Shown: one piece after another, positions 37,850-50,565 of the stretch | How the letters are laid out: every line of letters starts with the position of its first letter | Position numbering within the stretch: the stretch's first letter is position 1 | Assembly (NCBI GenBank): GCA_002104905.1 | Contig: MCFE01000123.1 | Span: forward strand, 62,001-126,000 | DNA: 64,000 nucleotides | Reading direction: 5' to 3' | From: Basidiobolus meristosporus CBS 931.73 | Lineage: Eukaryota > Fungi > Basidiobolomycota | Position numbers and translations under genes: made by a program | Notes under the pieces: generated by a model | Seen by the model: the letters and a program-made list of their open reading frames with translations, nothing else | What the model was told of the DNA's origin: nothing | The model's database searches: none

Positions 37850-38797
37850 TTTGCTATGACATCATGTAGATATCTATCCCAGGAAAAGACAGGTGGCTTC
37901 ATTGAGGATGACTGAGAGAGCACTTTGTTCTCCAAACTTACAGTGGTTAGCTAAAAAGTTTCAGGGAATTTTTTAGCTCAAGTGGGGGGTGGATGTGGTA
38001 GGGTAAACATACCCCCCATAGACAAGTTTACTCATGTAGTCATTATGATATACTTATCCATATATTATCTTACCAGTATTATCCCATTCTTCTTTTGCCC
38101 ATATTATCAGTATTATCCCCATATGATGTTTACCCTGATTAGTTCTTAGCATTAGTTATCCCAGATGTTACTCAGCTTTGGGATCAGTGTATGTAACTAC
38201 ATAAGGCAAGTACCCGCGTCAGTACCCGTGACACATGACCTAAGTCTGTGTTACCATTCCTACCATTTCAATACCATATATGGTATTTCTATGTTGCACT
38301 GGTTTCAGACTACTGATTCCTGATTGGTTGAATGTGCTGTGCCTTTTAGAACCTTCCAGGACATTCTTGGCATATTTTTAGCTTATAGTGATGTCATCAA
38401 GAATTCCACTGATACCTAGAATCTTCTAGAACTTTGTCATTAGTAACCACTTGGCAATCAGGAAGAGTATTTAAGGGAAAGCAATCCCTCATCAATAAAT
38501 CATCCCTTCTATCAGTAACACTTCTAACTCATTGATTAGCAGTTGATCACTGCACCTGCCTTCAACAGTACATCTCAGACCTGCCATCAAGGAGCTTTTC
38601 AGGGTAGTGCACAAGGCACACAGAGGCCTTTGGAGACACTTGGAGCACCTAGGAAGCTAGAGAAGCAGGAGCTTTTACCATAGTGACATATTGACAAAGA
38701 TACCAGCAGTTTAGACACAGAGGTTATTGCACCCATCAGACACCTCACACACCTTGAGTTGTGTAGCTTCTCTCAGGAGTACCTCTACACCACCACA
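37850..38797 (+). mobile_element. 3' end of a family-C2 element: PPT (GGGGGGTGGA) and LTR 37994..38797
   Basis: Purine tract directly before TGTGGTAGGG; LTR ends CTACACCACCACA; homologous to 6203..7495. Confidence 0.75.
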
Positions 38798-40996
38798 CTG
38801 CATGGCAATTCTGTTAACTAGATTTTTCATTTCTTCTCCTGGCAGCATCTTTGCAGCAAAGAATGTTTGTCTCAGATAGCTATTCTTGGCAGCTTAGCAT
38901 CACTGGTAGGTGTCTTCTAATACCTTCCAGACATTCTTTGCCATTTTTGCTGTTGAGCATTGAATTAGCAATTTGTCTTTAACTTTAAGGCAAATGCAGT
39001 TATAGGTACTTAATTATTTCTTCTGTGATTTCAAGGCTTCCTCTCCCATGCTTTTATGAGGGCATTCTTCTCCCATGACAATATTCCAAAGGCCTCTTTC
39101 TTATAGCAGTGTCTTTATCTTTAACTTTAACACTTGGTAGTTGGATCCGTCCAGCTTTTCAGCAGAGGGAAAAATTCCAGTAATAGCAGTAGTAGATGTT
39201 ACAGAGAGTGACAGCTTGGGGCCCATAACCTGTTGTGATAGTCTTGGAGATATTGGAAGCAATTGGGAGGACAAGTAGACTATGTGGTTCTCACTTAATG
39301 ATTTATTGAATGTAAAAGTAGTATTTATACTTTTGCATGATCTTGGCATTGCAAGCACATAGAATTGGCTCAGGAAGGTCCCAAGAGCATGTGTGCAAGG
39401 CTGAGAACTTTTTGGACAACTTTGAGAATTTTCATGTTCTGGGTAAATATTCTAGGCAAATCCCAGCTGGGAATTTGGTCAGTATTCTCTAAAGTCTGTG
39501 GGTAATGAGCTAAGTGCCTACATTTGGTGAATATATAAGTGGAGTTACAAACTTTTACAACACCCAGCACATTGATGGATGACCAGCAAATGTCCATCAT
39601 CACATCAGCACCACCTATATTAGCATGTATTTCATCAGCTTATACCAAAGCATTATTGAGGCAATTAGGTGCTGTGGCTAATAGCATAGATGCAATGGCC
39701 TAGAGATACCAGGAAATAGTCCAGAAGCCAGATGAGCAGATCATACATGTAGAGCAATCAATATCCCAGGTAGAGAATGCAGTATCTAGTCTGCAAAGAA
39801 GGAATCCAAGTAGTTCATTATCACAGACAAAATCTGAGCCATTTCCCAATGTAGCATCAGTGGAATTTTGTACAGTATTTGAAGCACAAGGACAGTGCCC
39901 ATAGATAAAGCTCACAGAACAACATATGACAGCCTGGGGGAGAGACTGCAGTATTTATACCAAATGCTAAAAAGCAAAAGACATTGTGAAGCTGTTCAGT
40001 GCAATGGTACACCATAGCCTAATATTCAAGATGCCATAAGAAGTTTAGCATGCCATCACCTTAAGGTCTGCATAGAATGGGACCACCAGTGACTCAAGGC
40101 AAAGCAGAATGTGCTTAGTCTGCTCCATGAGTGTTATCCTGGATCCAAACAGGCCAAAGGATTTTAGGCTAGCATTGGCATGCTAAGAGAGTATCTTAAG
40201 AATAGCAGAAACTATCAAAGGCAGAACAACAAGGGCACCATGGCCAAAAAGCAGCAGCTTCCTCAGGATTCTATCACAAGCAAGGCTGAATGCTTAATGC
40301 AAGCAACAAATAAACATCAGGTAGCTGGAAGAGTTCTGGCAAGGGACAAGCAGGCAGAAACAGATACACCAGTGCAGTATACATCCAGGGTAAAGTGAAG
40401 TTAATAATAGGTGCACCAAGAAGTTGCATCACCTCTTCAAGTGCAGTGCTCAAGAAAATGCACTTGAATATTGCAAGCATTTATTGCCAGTACTGGCAGC
40501 TGAGGTGCTAGACCTTATAGTGCTGGCCAAAAACCTGGATGTTTGGGAACCCTTGAGTGAAGAATGGCATAGAGCTCTAGAATTACTGCAAAAGTCATGG
40601 AAAAAGGGCATTACAGCCAAAGCACTCATTGAATGGTGGATTTTTATGGAGTTACTTGTTGAATGTGCAAATGGGCTTAGTATTAGTGTTGGGTATAGGG
40701 ACTTGTATAGGTCAGTGCAGTGAGCAAATATGGTACAACTAAAGGCTCAGCAGTAATAAGCCTACTTGTAGGCATGAAAAGTAAGAGCATCAGTTGAGTC
40801 AGGAAGTAAGAAGTGTGAACAAGTAGCAACAGCCAATCAATGTACACAAATGTAGGAGGTGATTGAGTGTCTGGGATCAGAAAGTGAGATAAATGGCAGA
40901 GAACTAATGAAAAGCCAACTATGTATTGCTTTGATGAAAATTTTGACCAAGTTATTTATGCAATCTGAGATGTAAATTTTTTTTGATGGTCTTTTT

Positions 40997-43900
40997 TGTT
41001 GTAAGAGTCTTGGAGATATTGGAAGTGATTGGGAGAACATGTAGATTATGTGGTTTTCACTTAATGATTTATTGAATGTAAAAGTAGTATTGAAACTTTT
41101 ACATGATCTTGGCATAACAAACATGTAGAATAGGCCTAGGAAGGTCCCAAGAACATGTGTGCAAAGTTTGGGCTGTTTGGACAACCTTGAAAATTTTCAT
41201 CTTCTGGGTAAATATTCTAAGTAGATCCCACCAAGGAATCTTGTCAGTATTCTCTAGCACTTGAAGGTAGTAATCTAAGTGACCAAGTTGGGTGAGTATT
41301 TAGGGGAATTACAAATTGTTACAACACTCCTACTCAGCTAAATGTTTATACTGACTAGTCCTAATTTTGACCTAAGATATACATGTTGTAACAATTTGTA
41401 TTTCCACCTAAATATTCACCTAACTTAGTCACTTAGATCATCACCTTCAAATCCTACAGAATATTGACCAAATTCCTTGTCAGGACTTACTTAGAATATT
41501 TCCACTAAAATACTAGGTGCCCAGAACATGAAAATTCTCAAAGTTGTCCAAACAGCCCCAAACTTGCACACATGTTCTTGGGACCTTCCTAAGCCCATTC
41601 TACATGTTTTTTATGCCAAGACCATGTAAAAGTATAAATACTACTTTGACATTCAATAAATCATTAAGTGAAAACCACATAATCTACTTGTTCTCCAAAT
41701 CACTTCCAATATCTCCAAGACTCTTACAACAATACAAACTTGTCTCCAGCTAATGGTTTGGTGAGTATGTCTGCAATTATTTCATCTGAAGGACAGTACA
41801 ATAAGCTTACTAAGTTGTTCTCTATAGCTTCATATATGGAGTGATGTCTAATATCTATGTGCTTAGTTCTAGCATGAAAAGCTGGATTTCTACCTAATTG
41901 TATACATCCTTGATTATCTTACAATAAAGTAATAGGGATTATTTGACATAGGCCTAAATCTGTAAAAAGCTTTCTTAACCACATTGCTTCTTTTGTAGCT
42001 TCACAGGCAGCCATGTACTCTGTCTCTGTGGTGGAAAGCCCTATGTTTGGTTGCTTTCTTGAGTTTCATGAAGCTTCTCCTTTATAGTGAAGAAAGGTGT
42101 ATTCTGTGGTGGATCTTCTGTTTTCCAAATTTTGTCCCCAATCAGCATCAGAGTATCCCACAAGAGTCTACTCTGAGTCCTTATAAGTGTATCTTAAGCA
42201 GATATCAGCAGTTCCTTTTAGGTATCAAAAAATCCACTTATCTGCTGCAATATGATCAGATCCATAGTTCTGATTTTGCTGGCTGACAACCCCCACTGAA
42301 TACAGGATATCTGGACATATTCCAAGCATGATATACATCCAACTGCCAACCATAGATTGATAAGGAAAGTCAGGGCATTCAGATGGCACCAAGCTCTCTT
42401 GATTTGGTTAAGTCTTGACCAAGTTAAGGTTTACCTCCATTGGGGTCGCTGCTGGTTTACAGTCTTCTATTTGATACTTCTTTAGTATATCTTGAATATA
42501 CTTGGACTGGCTTAGGGTGATAGTCTGGGTACTACCGTCTATGGAGAACTTAATCCCTAAGTAGTAACTGAGTTCTCCTAGAATGGGCATCTTGAACTCA
42601 TTAGATAGACTGGATCTAGTCTCAAACAATGCTGCTAGGTCATTGGCAGCTATGATAAGCTCATCCACATATAGAGCTAATAGAACTGGACTTGCTCTGT
42701 CTGCCTTATAGTATATACTATAGTCAGCATTACTCCTTTTGAAACTCACAGACTCCAAATAAGAATCTATCTTGCAGTTCCAGGCTCTTGGTGATTCTTT
42801 GAAACCATATAGAGATTTTAAGCTTGCAGACCAAATGGGGTTATCTTGGTCAACAAACCCATCAGGCTGGTTCATATACATGTCCTTATCAAAGACTCCA
42901 TTCAAGAATGCAGTTTTTACCTACATTTGATGAATAAAAAACTTATATTTGGCGGCAAAAGCCAATATTAATGTGATGGAGTTAAACTTGGCTACCAGTG
43001 CAAAGGTCTTAGTATAGTCAAGTCCTTTTGTTTGAGAGTATCCTTTGGCCACAAGTCTTACTTTGTAACTCTCCATTATACCATCAGCCTTATACTTTGT
43101 CTTGAAGACCCATCTGATTTCCAAGCAGTTTCTTGGCATATGCTGTACACCCAAATACTTTTAGGTGTTCTGCACTTGGTCTGCATCCATACCATGCTTC
43201 AAATGGAGTAGAACCACAAAGTATTCTGTTATGACTCCTATTTTTAAGGTATACACCTGTGGCAACTGATTTTGCCCAAAAACCATTGGATAATTTTTGA
43301 TCATGGATCATAGATCTTGCCATATTGATTATTTATCTGTTAGCATGTTCTGCTACTCCATTTTACTATGAGGAGAATGGTACAATAGTCTCTTGCTTTA
43401 TCCCATGAATTTTGCAGAAGTGGATGAAGAGCTTTGAGGAATATTCTTCACCTTTGACAGAGCATATTTTCTTTATTTTTTCACCAGTTTCTCTCTCCAC
43501 CATGGCTTTAAACTCCCTGAACTTAGACAGAGCTTCTTCCTTTCTCTTTATGAAGAAGACCCAAATGTATTTTGTATAATCATCAATAAAAGAGTTTAAA
43601 TACTTTACCCTGCCCCAGGATAAATTTTGCAAAGATCCACACAGATATGAGTGAGTTAGATCTAATTTTTTCTTAGTTCTCATTACCCCAGAGCTCTTGA
43701 ACAGTTGACTGGCTTGTTTCCCATATATGCAGGTTTCACAGTGCTCCAAATTAGCTGGGGATCAATTTTTACTCCAGAAATTAGCTGATCTTTGATCATT
43801 TTACACAAGTTATCAAAATTAAAGTGCCCAAATCTCCTATGCCAAAGCATTGGTGTTTCTTTATTTAAGTTACCTATATTGGCTTCCAGATATGATGGAA

Positions 43901-45445
43901 TATAAGTCAACTTGTATAGATTTTGATCTCTGATACCCAAAGCAAGATGGGCACCATTTTGATCAGTGATCCTGCATCCAGAATTGTCAAAGCTGAAACT
44001 GAGTCCTTCTGCTGTGGCCTTGTTTACAGATAGTAGGTTCTTGGCTATTTCTGGTACATAGAGTACTTCCTTAAAGGTCAGTGTATAGCTTCCTTCACTA
44101 CTTCTAAGGTTTACTTGGATACTTCCTTCTCCCACTGCATCAAGTGTTCTATTGTCACCCATGAAAACCTTCCTATCTGGAATTTCTTGGTATTGGGTAA
44201 AAAGTTCTTTTTGATGTGTAAAGTGTTGTGATGCTCCAGAGTCAATGTATAATGTCTGAGAATCCTTGTTTGTGGTCATATTTAGTGCAGATATGAATAG
44301 TCTATCTTCAGTTGTTGCAGCATTTCCAAATTCAGGCTTCTTTTGCTGATTATCTCTCTTTTTGAGACACCGGTCTAATGTGTGTCCTTTCCTTTTGCAG
44401 AAGTTACAAAGCAGGTTGCTTTTTTCTTTGAAAGGTCTTGGGTATCTTCTTTGTTGATTATCATTGCTTACCAAAGCATTTTCTTCTTCCTTCTTATTGG
44501 CACTTGATTTTCTTAGTTTTCCATCCAGAAGCCCTCCATATACGTAATTTAAGGTCAAATCTTCAGTTCTGGACTCTAGGGCTGATACAAGGCCCTGAAG
44601 CTTGTCTGTCAGGCTATGCAGGATGGTTACTATCACATCTTCTTCAGTAGTTGGTGTGCCCACAAATTCATCTCATCCACCAGCAGAGTAACTCTGTTAA
44701 TTAGATATTTCATTTCTTCTCCTGGCAGCATCTTTGTAGTAAGGAATTTTTGTCAAAGATACATTTTCTTAGCAGCTGAACATGACTGGTAGGTGTCTTC
44801 TAATGCCTTCCAGGCATCCTTTGCTGTTTTTGCTCTTGAGCATTGAATGAGCAATTTGTCCTTAACGTTTAGGCAAATGCAGTTAAAGGCACTATGTTCT
44901 TTCTTCTGGTACTTTAAGGCTTCCTCATCCACATTTTTATGAGGGCATTCTTCTCCCATGACAATATCCCAAAGGCCTCTTTCTTGTAGCAGCATCTTCA
45001 TCTTCACCTTCCGCACTTGGTAGTTAAATCCATCTAATTTTTCAGCAGAGGGAAAAATTCCAGTAATAGCAGTAGTAGACATTGCAAAGAGTGACAGCTT
45101 AGTGCTCATAGCCTGTTGTAAGAGTCTTGGAGATATTGGAAGTGATTGGGAGAACAAGTGGATTATGTGGTTTTCACTTAATGACTTATTGAATGTAAAA
45201 GTAGTATTTATACTTTTATATGGTCTTGGCATAACAAACACATATGATAGGTTAAAGAAGGTCCCAAGTACATGTGTGCAAAGTTTGGGGCTGTTTGGAC
45301 AACTTATCTAATTTTCATGTTCTGGGTAAATATTCTAAGTAAATCCCAACAAGGAATTTGGTCAGTATTCTCTAGGATTTGAAGGTAATGATATAAGTGA
45401 CAAAGTTAGGTGAATATTTAGGTGGAATTCCAAATTTTTGGAACA
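40997..45445 (-). mobile_element. Copia family-A element, internally deleted and degraded
   Basis: 3' LTR 40997..41326, PPT, RH/RT, a deletion joining the RT start to the integrase near 43115, gag ORFs 43683..44663 and 44753..45241, 5' LTR 45114..45445. Confidence 0.88.
41384..41731 (+). mobile_element. Solo family-A LTR in opposite orientation, TSD ATACA
   Basis: ATACA at 41379-41383 and 41732-41736; the host RNase H sequence resumes after it. Confidence 0.9.
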
Positions 45446-45539
45446 GAATATGCCACAAGATTCTTCACCCACCTCTGCAAAATTTGTGTCATAAAGGAAG
45501 AGGCCACTTCACCGCACTCTCCACAGTAAATCTGAATGT

Positions 45540-46200
45540 CAAAGCATGAATGTAGATCTACAATTGATATAGCTAGATCTTCATCTGTGAACAAACATTA
45601 TGCTACAATTCTTGGGTGGGATCATTTGCCATTGCTGTACATGTCTGAAATAGGAGATATAGTGGAATACTTTGTAGTTCTACTCCATTTGAGGTGCAGT
45701 ATGGATATGAGCCAAATGCAGGTCATCTAAGAATATTTGGGTTGCACAGAATATGCAAAAGCTGCCCAGAAATCTGCCACAATTTGGGTAAAAAGCAAGA
45801 AACCAGTATTTTTGAACAACTGCAATGAGAGTAAGATATAGAGACTTGGCAATACCAAAGCAAATAAGCTGATCAAGTCCAGGCATGTTCTGTTTGATTA
45901 AAAGTCAGGGAACTCACAAAAATTGTATCAGGCAACTACAAAAATTTAATCTACATCCATCACAGAGCATGTCAATGAAAATTTTCTCACTCCAATGGAC
46001 TCCACAACTGTTGTTCAGCCTGAATCAGTACCCAGAAATATCCCAGAAGTGATCATTCCAGTATCACAAGGCAGAAGATCCTACCAGATTAGCAACAGCC
46101 CAAGTTACTATATTGATGTGGGCACAGACTTAGCCTATGTCTATTCTGTCCCAGTAGATGAGCTCCAGGCAGTAATAAAGGCCCTAGAGGAGTGCTACAT
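45540..46200 (+). mobile_element. Highly degraded copia-A integrase C-terminal fragment
   Basis: DSTTVVQPESVPRNIPEVIIPVS matches the other family-A copies. Confidence 0.7.
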
Positions 46201-46854
46201 GGTAAACATGATCTGGAGGGAGGATATGGACACCATTTACTCAGTGTTATCATGGAAATGAGCAATCCTAGGCTTGTGGGTTCCATAAGGTAAGGAAAGA
46301 TGGGACACGTGCAATAGGGAAGATTTTTGACACAGCGGAGGTGTGCTACAGATACAACGTATACGTCTTGCCGAATGAGCAATTGGGTGCTGTACTGATG
46401 ATTTGCCAGAGTGGCCATGCGGGCATGGTTTTCCAATTTTGAAAATACTATTGAGTTTCCGGATTCTGCCCAGGTTAATGGTACGGTCATGCAACACATG
46501 GGCATAATAGAGCAGCCAACTACCGTTTCACCATCCATGCCACATATCTGATGATACGATTTCTCGGCTCATTTCCCAAACCCCTATCAACCGCATGGTT
46601 GCTGGAGCCACGTATCGCGTACCAATCCAATGACCCATGTCCACGGAAAGCGGAAAGATGGGGATTATGTGGTACCAGATGAGCTTGATCAAATCTTCGC
46701 TGCACTTGGCCCGTTTATCGTTGCCCTTGGTTTCTTCGCGCAAGACAAGGTGGGATAGGATCGCCGTGACACGTGAACATTCCACATCTCCGATGGGGCC
46801 CATAAATAGGCCTGACCGCCACCAGATGCCGCAACCTTGATTCTTTTCCGCACC

Positions 46855-47739
46855 ATGCTATCCGAACGAAACTCAAGTGAAGTCACGGTGATCGGCCTGG
46901 GGGACATGGGCTCCACCCTTGCCAGAGTGCTGCTGGAAAAAGGCCATCGTATCACCGTGTGGAATCGCACCAGTGCCAAGGCTGAGCCGTTGGTCCGAAA
47001 GGGGGCCACCCTGGCCTCAAGCCTCCAGGACGCCATCAGGGCGAGCCCGGTCATCATCACCTGTGTCACCAGCTACCAGGCAACCCGAAGCCTTCTTGAA
47101 AGCGAACCAGCATTGCCCAGCATTGCCGGTAGACTACTGGTGCAGCTAAGTACCGGCACGCCGCAGGACGCAAGAGACAGCGAAGCCTGGGCCCATGAGC
47201 ACGGGGCCGAATACCTTGACGGGGCGATCCTGGCATTCCCGGATCAGGTTGGCAAAGAAACCACCCCCATTGTGGTGTCAGGCCCATACTCCCAGTTCCA
47301 GAAGTGCGAGCCAATCCTGCGATCCCTTGCCGGTGGTCTCCAGCATGTGGGTGAGCCAGTAGGCGTCGCCTCCACATGGGACATGGGATTTCTCTCCTCC
47401 CTCTGGGGGGCCACTCTCGGGTTCCTTCACGGGGCCCGCATCTTCGAGTCGGAAGGGCTTCGGGTGGACACTTTCGGCACCCTGATCAACCGCATCTCCC
47501 CGTTGATTGGCGAGATGGCCGAATACGAGTGCCAGGTCATCCAGTCGGAGAAGTATGACAGGCCCCAGGCGTCCGTAAGCATCTGCTCCCAGTCGGTAGA
47601 ATTGCTCACGAAGCAGGCGCAACAGGCTGGCATCAACCCCGATATCCCAGTGTTTACCCACGGACTGTTCAAGAAAGCGATCGCCGCGGGATATGGTGAC
47701 GAGGAGTTTGGCGCGGTGATCAAGGTACTCCGCAAGTGA
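46855..47739 (+). CDS. NADPH-dependent imine reductase (IRED) / beta-hydroxyacid dehydrogenase-like protein, intronless, about 294 aa
   Basis: GLGDMG...G....VWNRTSAK, VQLSTGTP, YLDGAILAFP and ASTWDMGFLSSLWG. ACCATG at 46855 with a TATA-like CATAAATA at 46801 and AATAAA after the stop. Confidence 0.85.
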   Translation: MLSERNSSEVTVIGLGDMGSTLARVLLEKGHRITVWNRTSAKAEPLVRKGATLASSLQDAIRASPVIITCVTSYQATRSLLESEPALPSIAGRLLVQLSTGTPQDARDSEAWAHEHGAEYLDGAILAFPDQVGKETTPIVVSGPYSQFQKCEPILRSLAGGLQHVGEPVGVASTWDMGFLSSLWGATLGFLHGARIFESEGLRVDTFGTLINRISPLIGEMAEYECQVIQSEKYDRPQASVSICSQSVELLTKQAQQAGINPDIPVFTHGLFKKAIAAGYGDEEFGAVIKVLRK

Positions 47740-48048
47740 GCCTATTGTAGGAAATAAACTTGTCCATGTCGATGGCTACCAGCAGTCACTGGGAGTAAGC
47801 TTGGGGTGTTATGACACCACGTTAGCAATATTGGTTGTGGAAGAGGTGACGGCGGCACATGGAAGTAGTCCCCCACCCCATCATCTTATTGGTTAATATT
47901 GGGTTAGGATTGGTGGTTTTATTGGGATAAAGGGTGGATACTATTGCCGCCCAAGTGGCCAGAGAAGGAGGCAAGGGGGAATGGGAGGTGGGAGGTGGGG
48001 AAATATACACAATCTATATATAGTGATGAGATGAGATAAGCGCATCGA

Positions 48049-50390
48049 CTAAGAATAATCCCGACCCTCGCAGCCGGTGATGGTGCGGCCGTTCTGAACG
48101 TATCTTTCCAGGAAGCTGGTAAGTCGGGTGTTCGCGGCGACACTCTCCTTGGAGAGTAGAGGTAGATAGCTTTGGATGATTAGCTGAAGCAATTTGTGGG
48201 CCTGGCCTTGATACACTTGAAGGAACACGGGTCCAGCCACCTAACCTGTGGGTTAGCTCGGGTCCGGGGGGGAAGGAACGTTGAACGCAAATTACCTCCA
48301 GAAATATGTTGATCAGGATGGGTGTGATGGGCCGTGGGGGCAGATTCACGATCCGCGCCAGCCAGGTCCAACCGTTGGCTATGCCGTACGGATTCTGAAA
48401 GTCTGCGGACATCATGTCAGTCAGGATTCCTATGCGTCACCCATAGATGTTACCGTGAATTCACTTACTCTCCGGCGAGGTTTGAACGATCGCCGAGTAC
48501 AGGGAAAGGATGCCGCCCATGCGTTCGTTGTATTGAACCTCGGTTTCCCACTCGTCACCATCCTTCTTCTTGAACCCGATGAGCTTCAGGTAGTCTTCCT
48601 TTGATTGGCTCTGCATCCATCGGTAATTAGCATCCGGCTCGACGGGAACTTTCAAATGGCCTACAAACCGCTTTCTTCCCGATGTATTGGGGGATCACGT
48701 AGGGGCAATGCTTGATCAAACGAACCAAGAGAAGATCGAGGAACTCCGGGTGGGTGTTGATCAGGTTGACACACACTCGCGCCAGAGGGTAGGCGGTGGA
48801 TTGCTTGACGGTTACCTCGGTCTCAGCTTGGTCCTAGCCGGGTTCTAATCTTAGTATCGACTCTGGGTGCAGTTGGCTCGGATGGACTTACTATCACTGA
48901 TTTGGCGGCAAGATTCATGATCCAGCGATATACCTCTGGAGACTTCTGCTTGGCATCGATGAAGATGTTGTTCAGCTCGTTGGTCTACCACAAGCGAGTG
49001 TTAATCCAGGGGATTCGTGCATCGAGTCGCCAAATACACTTACGATTCTAGTGACATCTTCGGGGGTGTTGACCAGCTGTCCCATCTTCGGGCGGATCGA
49101 TCGCTTGGCGGTGAAGCAGTAATTTTTCACCTCTTTGTTCCCTTGAATTTTTGGTTTGAGTTGTTGGTTGATTTCCTAGCGGTTGCGTAAACAAACATCA
49201 GCTATGATTCGTAGGCGATGTGTGGTTGAGACGTTACTTGTAGCATGTTGCGATACTTGTCAGCCATTTCCACGGCCTTAGGTGACGCAAATTTGGCCTC
49301 TTGAAGCTAGATTCGATTGGATTAGAAGTACTTCGATTGGGGGGTAGTGGTGTTGCGACATATACCTTTTTGGCCTGCTCTTCTTGAGCCAGCTTATTGA
49401 GTTCCGCTTCTTTGGCAGCATTCTCTTTGGCCACCTTATCCGCCTCCTGCTTTTGCTTCAGCTCGAGCTCCTCTTTGATATGCCGTTCCTCGGCCTCCTT
49501 CAATTCCTTTTCTTTCCGCAACTTTTCTTCCTGTTCTTTCTTCACCTTTTCGAGGGCCTCTTGCTTCAATTTCTCCTTGCGTTCATGTTCTTCCCGTTTT
49601 TGACGAATCACCTGCTCGATTCTCTGCAACGAGTCAGTTAGTACACGGTCTGAGGTACGGAGTGAATCTCCCCAGGGACGGGTCAAGCTCCGGGAAAGCG
49701 CAGATACCTTTTTCATGGCTTCGTTCTTCCCCTGGAACTCGATCTTCAGCTTTTCCTCATCGTTGGTTCTACACGAGAAGGCTCAGTCCAAAGTGCACCA
49801 AGCCAAACAGCTACAACTTAGCAGGTACCTTTCCAACTTCAACTTCGCCAAGGCCTTGCGTGCTTCCTCGGAATCCTTTTCGATCTTCTCCTTAAGAGTG
49901 AGGGTGCGAGTAGGGGAGGACCAGGAGCTGGCACGAAACTCTGCCATCTCGGTGGCCTTTCGGTAGCCGGCATTCTATCGGGCACGGGAGTGTTAGTTGT
50001 CGAGCCATTGTTGAGGCAGGGAAGGATAAGAAAGGGGCTCTTACCCAAGCATGGGTGGAGATCTCCTGGTGATGTAGATCGATCGGATCGTCGGTGAAGG
50101 TCAAGCGAACGATCCGGGTAGCGTCCAGATTTTCTATTGGCTCCAAGTCAACTACAGGTCAAGTGGGGAAAAACCAAACCGCATACTGACCACGAGACTT
50201 TTTCGGGCTGGTGAGGTAGGTTGGTGTCGTAGGGTTGGCCAGTGGTTTTCTACATAACGGTACGCGTTGGGTTAGTGAAGGGGCGGTGGTATGGACGGTG
50301 GGCGGAAACCGGTCGGTACTTGTTTATGGTGGCGAATAAGTCCTCCTCGGAATCCGACTCTATTATGGAATTGGCATTGAAAGTGGGCAT
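48049..50390 (-). CDS. GLE1: mRNA export factor GLE1 (multi-exon)
   Basis: N-terminal coiled coil; C-terminal GLE1 domain pieces HCPYVIPQY, ETEVQYNERMGGILSLYSAI, GWTWLARIVNLPP and KLLQLI; GT-AG introns with CTAAC branch points. Confidence 0.88.
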
Positions 50391-50565
50391 GGCTGGAGTT
50401 GGGTTGGAACAGCGCAGGTATGACTAGAGTGAAGAAGCACTGGCCATAAATCATCTGAACCCTTTGACTGTTATTCCCCCAAATCAAAAAAAATCCTCGA
50501 TGTTGCTTAAACTTAATCCATAAGCTTGATTAGGTGAGTTTGACTGTGAACCAACACAGTGAGAG

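Larger units (their letters stand above)
22606..39562 (-). mobile_element. Copia family-A host element (or recombinant) carrying nested insertions
   Basis: 3' LTR 22606..27870 split by the gypsy; RH/RT/IN relic 27880-31083; gag relic 36597-39230 split by solo LTRs; PBS GGTTATGGGCCCC; 5' LTR 39231..39562. The outer TSDs do not match. Confidence 0.7.

Noticed and set aside
45114-45241. A 43-codon ORF (MFVMPR...NKSLSENH...PRLLQQ) recurring in seven family-A LTR copies and running in frame into gag in some
   Set aside because: It is simply the LTR sequence. Its ATG lies upstream of the TATAAATA box and the AATAAA signal that fall inside it, so it is probably in untranscribed U3, and recurrence reflects LTR copy number.
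46089-46538. 149-aa minus-strand ORF at the compartment boundary
   Set aside because: No recognisable motif; it spans TE remnant and promoter DNA and looks like a chance frame.
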